32,000 nt of DNA from assembly GCA_041941795.1 (NCBI GenBank), contig CP145872.1, positions 270,001-302,000 on the forward strand, given 5' to 3'. Shown here one piece after another: positions 30,412 to 32,000 of this stretch. Position 1 is the first letter of the stretch, and each line of letters starts with the position of its first letter. Both the position numbers and the translations under genes were made by a program. Source of the stretch: Candidatus Saccharimonadota bacterium. Lineage in GTDB: Bacteria > Pseudomonadota > Gammaproteobacteria > Enterobacterales > Enterobacteriaceae. The notes beneath the pieces are model-generated. The model was not told where the DNA came from, ran no database searches, and saw only the letters and a list, made by a program, of their open reading frames with translations.

Positions 30412-31092
30412 TTAATCAAAAAATTGACTCTTTAATATAAGATGAGTAAAGCGTTTTTTTAAATAAAATCCTCGCTGTCGGGTACGAATATAGTGCCCAT
30501 ATTTATCATATGCGGCAGTAAAATATTGACTGGAAGAGGATTTAGTTTTGATTTGCAGACACTCCCCATTACGAGCACTAATATCTTCTATTTCACCAAA
30601 TGTAATTGAATCCATAAAATCTTCCCAGTCTCGACGTAAATATAATTCTTGCTGTGTACTGGGACTCCATAAAAAAGGGTTCCCTATTCTTCTCTTAGAG
30701 AGGGGTATTTTACGACTTCCTTCTATAGGAATCCATAATACTCGTAGAAGTTTTTTACGTACCGAAGACTGCTCCCAGGTCAGACCAATAGTATTGATTA
30801 ATGATACTCCACAAATAAATGTATTTTCTAATGGTGTTCCATCTGAATTTACAGGAATAGTCTTTAATTCTACCCCTATTCGGGTAAAGTCTGGCTTGGA
30901 TTTATTACCGGCATCGGCTCCGAGATATTTTTCCATTAGCATTCCCACCCATCCCTTATGATATTGTAATTTTATAGGAATCTTGGATTCTAATTCACTT
31001 AAAGTAGATCCGGATAGTAAATATGCTCTCTCTATTAGAGTTTGTTCATCTTCTGGAGGAGAAATTACCTGTAAATAATCTTTTTTAATCAT
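30412..31092 (-). CDS. mutH: DNA mismatch repair endonuclease MutH
   Basis: The ORF is 226 aa. It reads HKGWVGMLMEKYLGA, GVELKTIPV, LRVLWIPIEGSRKIPLSKRRIGNPFLWSP and RGFYLKKRFT, and is collinear with E. coli MutH. Confidence 0.95.
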   Translation of the reverse strand: MIKKDYLQVISPPEDEQTLIERAYLLSGSTLSELESKIPIKLQYHKGWVGMLMEKYLGADAGNKSKPDFTRIGVELKTIPVNSDGTPLENTFICGVSLINTIGLTWEQSSVRKKLLRVLWIPIEGSRKIPLSKRRIGNPFLWSPSTQQELYLRRDWEDFMDSITFGEIEDISARNGECLQIKTKSSSSQYFTAAYDKYGHYIRTRQRGFYLKKRFTHLILKSQFFD

Positions 31093-31171
31093 AAAATTAT
31101 CCTGTAATATTCTTCATTGAGATTAAAAATTTTTATTTGCTATGTTATTTTTAAATTGGATATAATAAGAT

Positions 31172-31193
31172 CTCTAATCTTTCTAGATTAGAG
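31172..31193. repeat. Perfect inverted repeat CTCTAATCT-ttct-AGATTAGAG in the mutH/sppA divergent spacer
   Basis: The 9-bp arms at 31172-31180 and 31185-31193 were read directly. Function is unknown; it could be an operator-like palindrome, a hairpin or chance. Confidence 0.4.
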
Positions 31194-31482
31194 TCAAAAT
31201 ATTTCTTCTTTAAGTATAGATAACATTCTAACTATTAAGAGTCTTAGGATATGTAGTTAATTATTTATAACGATCAATGGTACATTAATAGGATTAAACA
31301 GATGAAGATCTTCTTGGTCCCAAAAAAAATCTGAAAATTTTATTAATATAAATATACCTGCACAAAAATTTTATATAAAATAACTATCATTTATTTTTAT
31401 AAATGACCGTAGTATTGATACTACAGTAAAAATAGAAAACAAAAACCTTTTTTAGATTTATTATATATAATTCGGAGATATT

Positions 31483-32000
31483 ATGCATCACATAGTGCGG
31501 TGGATAAAAAAAATTTTGATCTTTTTATGTAACTCACTCAATTGGATTCGAGTTAATTTTATTAAAAGTCTTTTTTTGATCCTCTCTCTTCTAGTACTAA
31601 AGTTTATCCATCCTACAATTGAAACGAGTGCTCCACCACATGCTTTAGTTTTAGATATTCAAGGAAAAATAAATGATCAACCTATTATGGTAAGTACTTC
31701 CATGGGAAATAAAGTTTTGCGTTTTTTAAAACTACAGAATAACTCTTTTTTGCAAAACTCTTTATTCAAAATAGTGGAAATTATTCGACAAGCTAAAAAT
31801 GATAGTAATATAAATTATCTAATTTTAGATCTAAAAAATTTTAGTGGTGCTAGTCAACCATCTTTGCATTATATAGGAAAAGCTCTAGAGGAATTTCGGA
31901 GAAGTGGAAAATGCATTTTATCAATGGCTGAACATTATACTCAAGAACAGTATTATCTAGCATCTTTTGCAAATCAAATTTATTTATCTCCTCATGGAGA
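31483..32000 (+). CDS. sppA: Signal peptide peptidase A (protease IV), 5' part; continues beyond the window
   Basis: This gene is not in the ORF track because there is no stop before the window end. ATG 31483 is preceded by GGAGA at 31474-31478. It reads MHHIVRWIKKILIFLCN...NSLFKIVEIIRQAKNDSNINYLILDLKNFSGASQPSLHYIGKALEEFRRSGKCI...QEQYYLASFANQIYLSPHG. The E. coli SppA counterpart is ENSLFDIVNTIRQAKDDRNITGIVMDLKNFAGGDQPSMQYIGKALKEFRDSGKPV...QGQYYLASFANKIWLSPQG. Confidence 0.9.
   Translation, partial: MHHIVRWIKKILIFLCNSLNWIRVNFIKSLFLILSLLVLKFIHPTIETSAPPHALVLDIQGKINDQPIMVSTSMGNKVLRFLKLQNNSFLQNSLFKIVEIIRQAKNDSNINYLILDLKNFSGASQPSLHYIGKALEEFRRSGKCILSMAEHYTQEQYYLASFANQIYLSPHG

Noticed and set aside
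29895-30961. Plus-strand ORFs 29895-30122 and 30548-30961 (75 and 137 aa)
   Set aside because: They lie entirely antisense to ygdQ and mutH, both of which align full length to E. coli proteins. The 137-aa frame has no recognisable family signature.

Overview
The window is visibly AT-rich and gene-dense, from a reduced-genome Enterobacterales-type gammaproteobacterium that looks like an insect endosymbiont. I cannot name the species from this sequence. Nearly everything is core housekeeping, arranged in blocks collinear with E. coli K-12: gcvP'-ygfZ / prfB-lysS / gyrB-dnaN / rpmH-rnpA-yidD-yidC-mnmE / xseB-ispA / epmB-efp-epmA / orn-tRNA-Gly-nnr-mutL-miaA-hflK-hflC / lysA'-ygdQ-mutH / sppA. 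Genes that sit between these in E. coli are absent at their syntenic positions: dnaA, recF, recJ-dsbC-xerD-fldB, queG, tsaE-amiB, hfq-hflX and dxs. Reading the spacers by eye recovers decayed relics. The 1.08-kb ORF-free stretch at 28.6-29.6 kb is a clear lysA pseudogene. An sdhE relic at 1161-1361 is probable. Fragments of dnaA and hfq are only tentative. The single accessory element is an apparently intact four-gene Csu-like (archaic/sigma class) chaperone-usher pilus operon at 23551-28555. It encodes an SCPU pilin, a PapD-like chaperone, an usher and a two-domain SCPU tip subunit, and it sits exactly at the junction of two synteny blocks. That operon is the best candidate for something biologically unexpected here. 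Other notable points are the conserved prfB +1 programmed frameshift site, EF-P clustered with both of its lysylation enzymes, and an A9 tract at the hflK 3' end followed by an ORF-like spacer. I saw no rRNA, CRISPR array, transposase, integrase or phage gene. All similarity statements come from by-eye comparison with E. coli sequences recalled from memory, and no searches were run.
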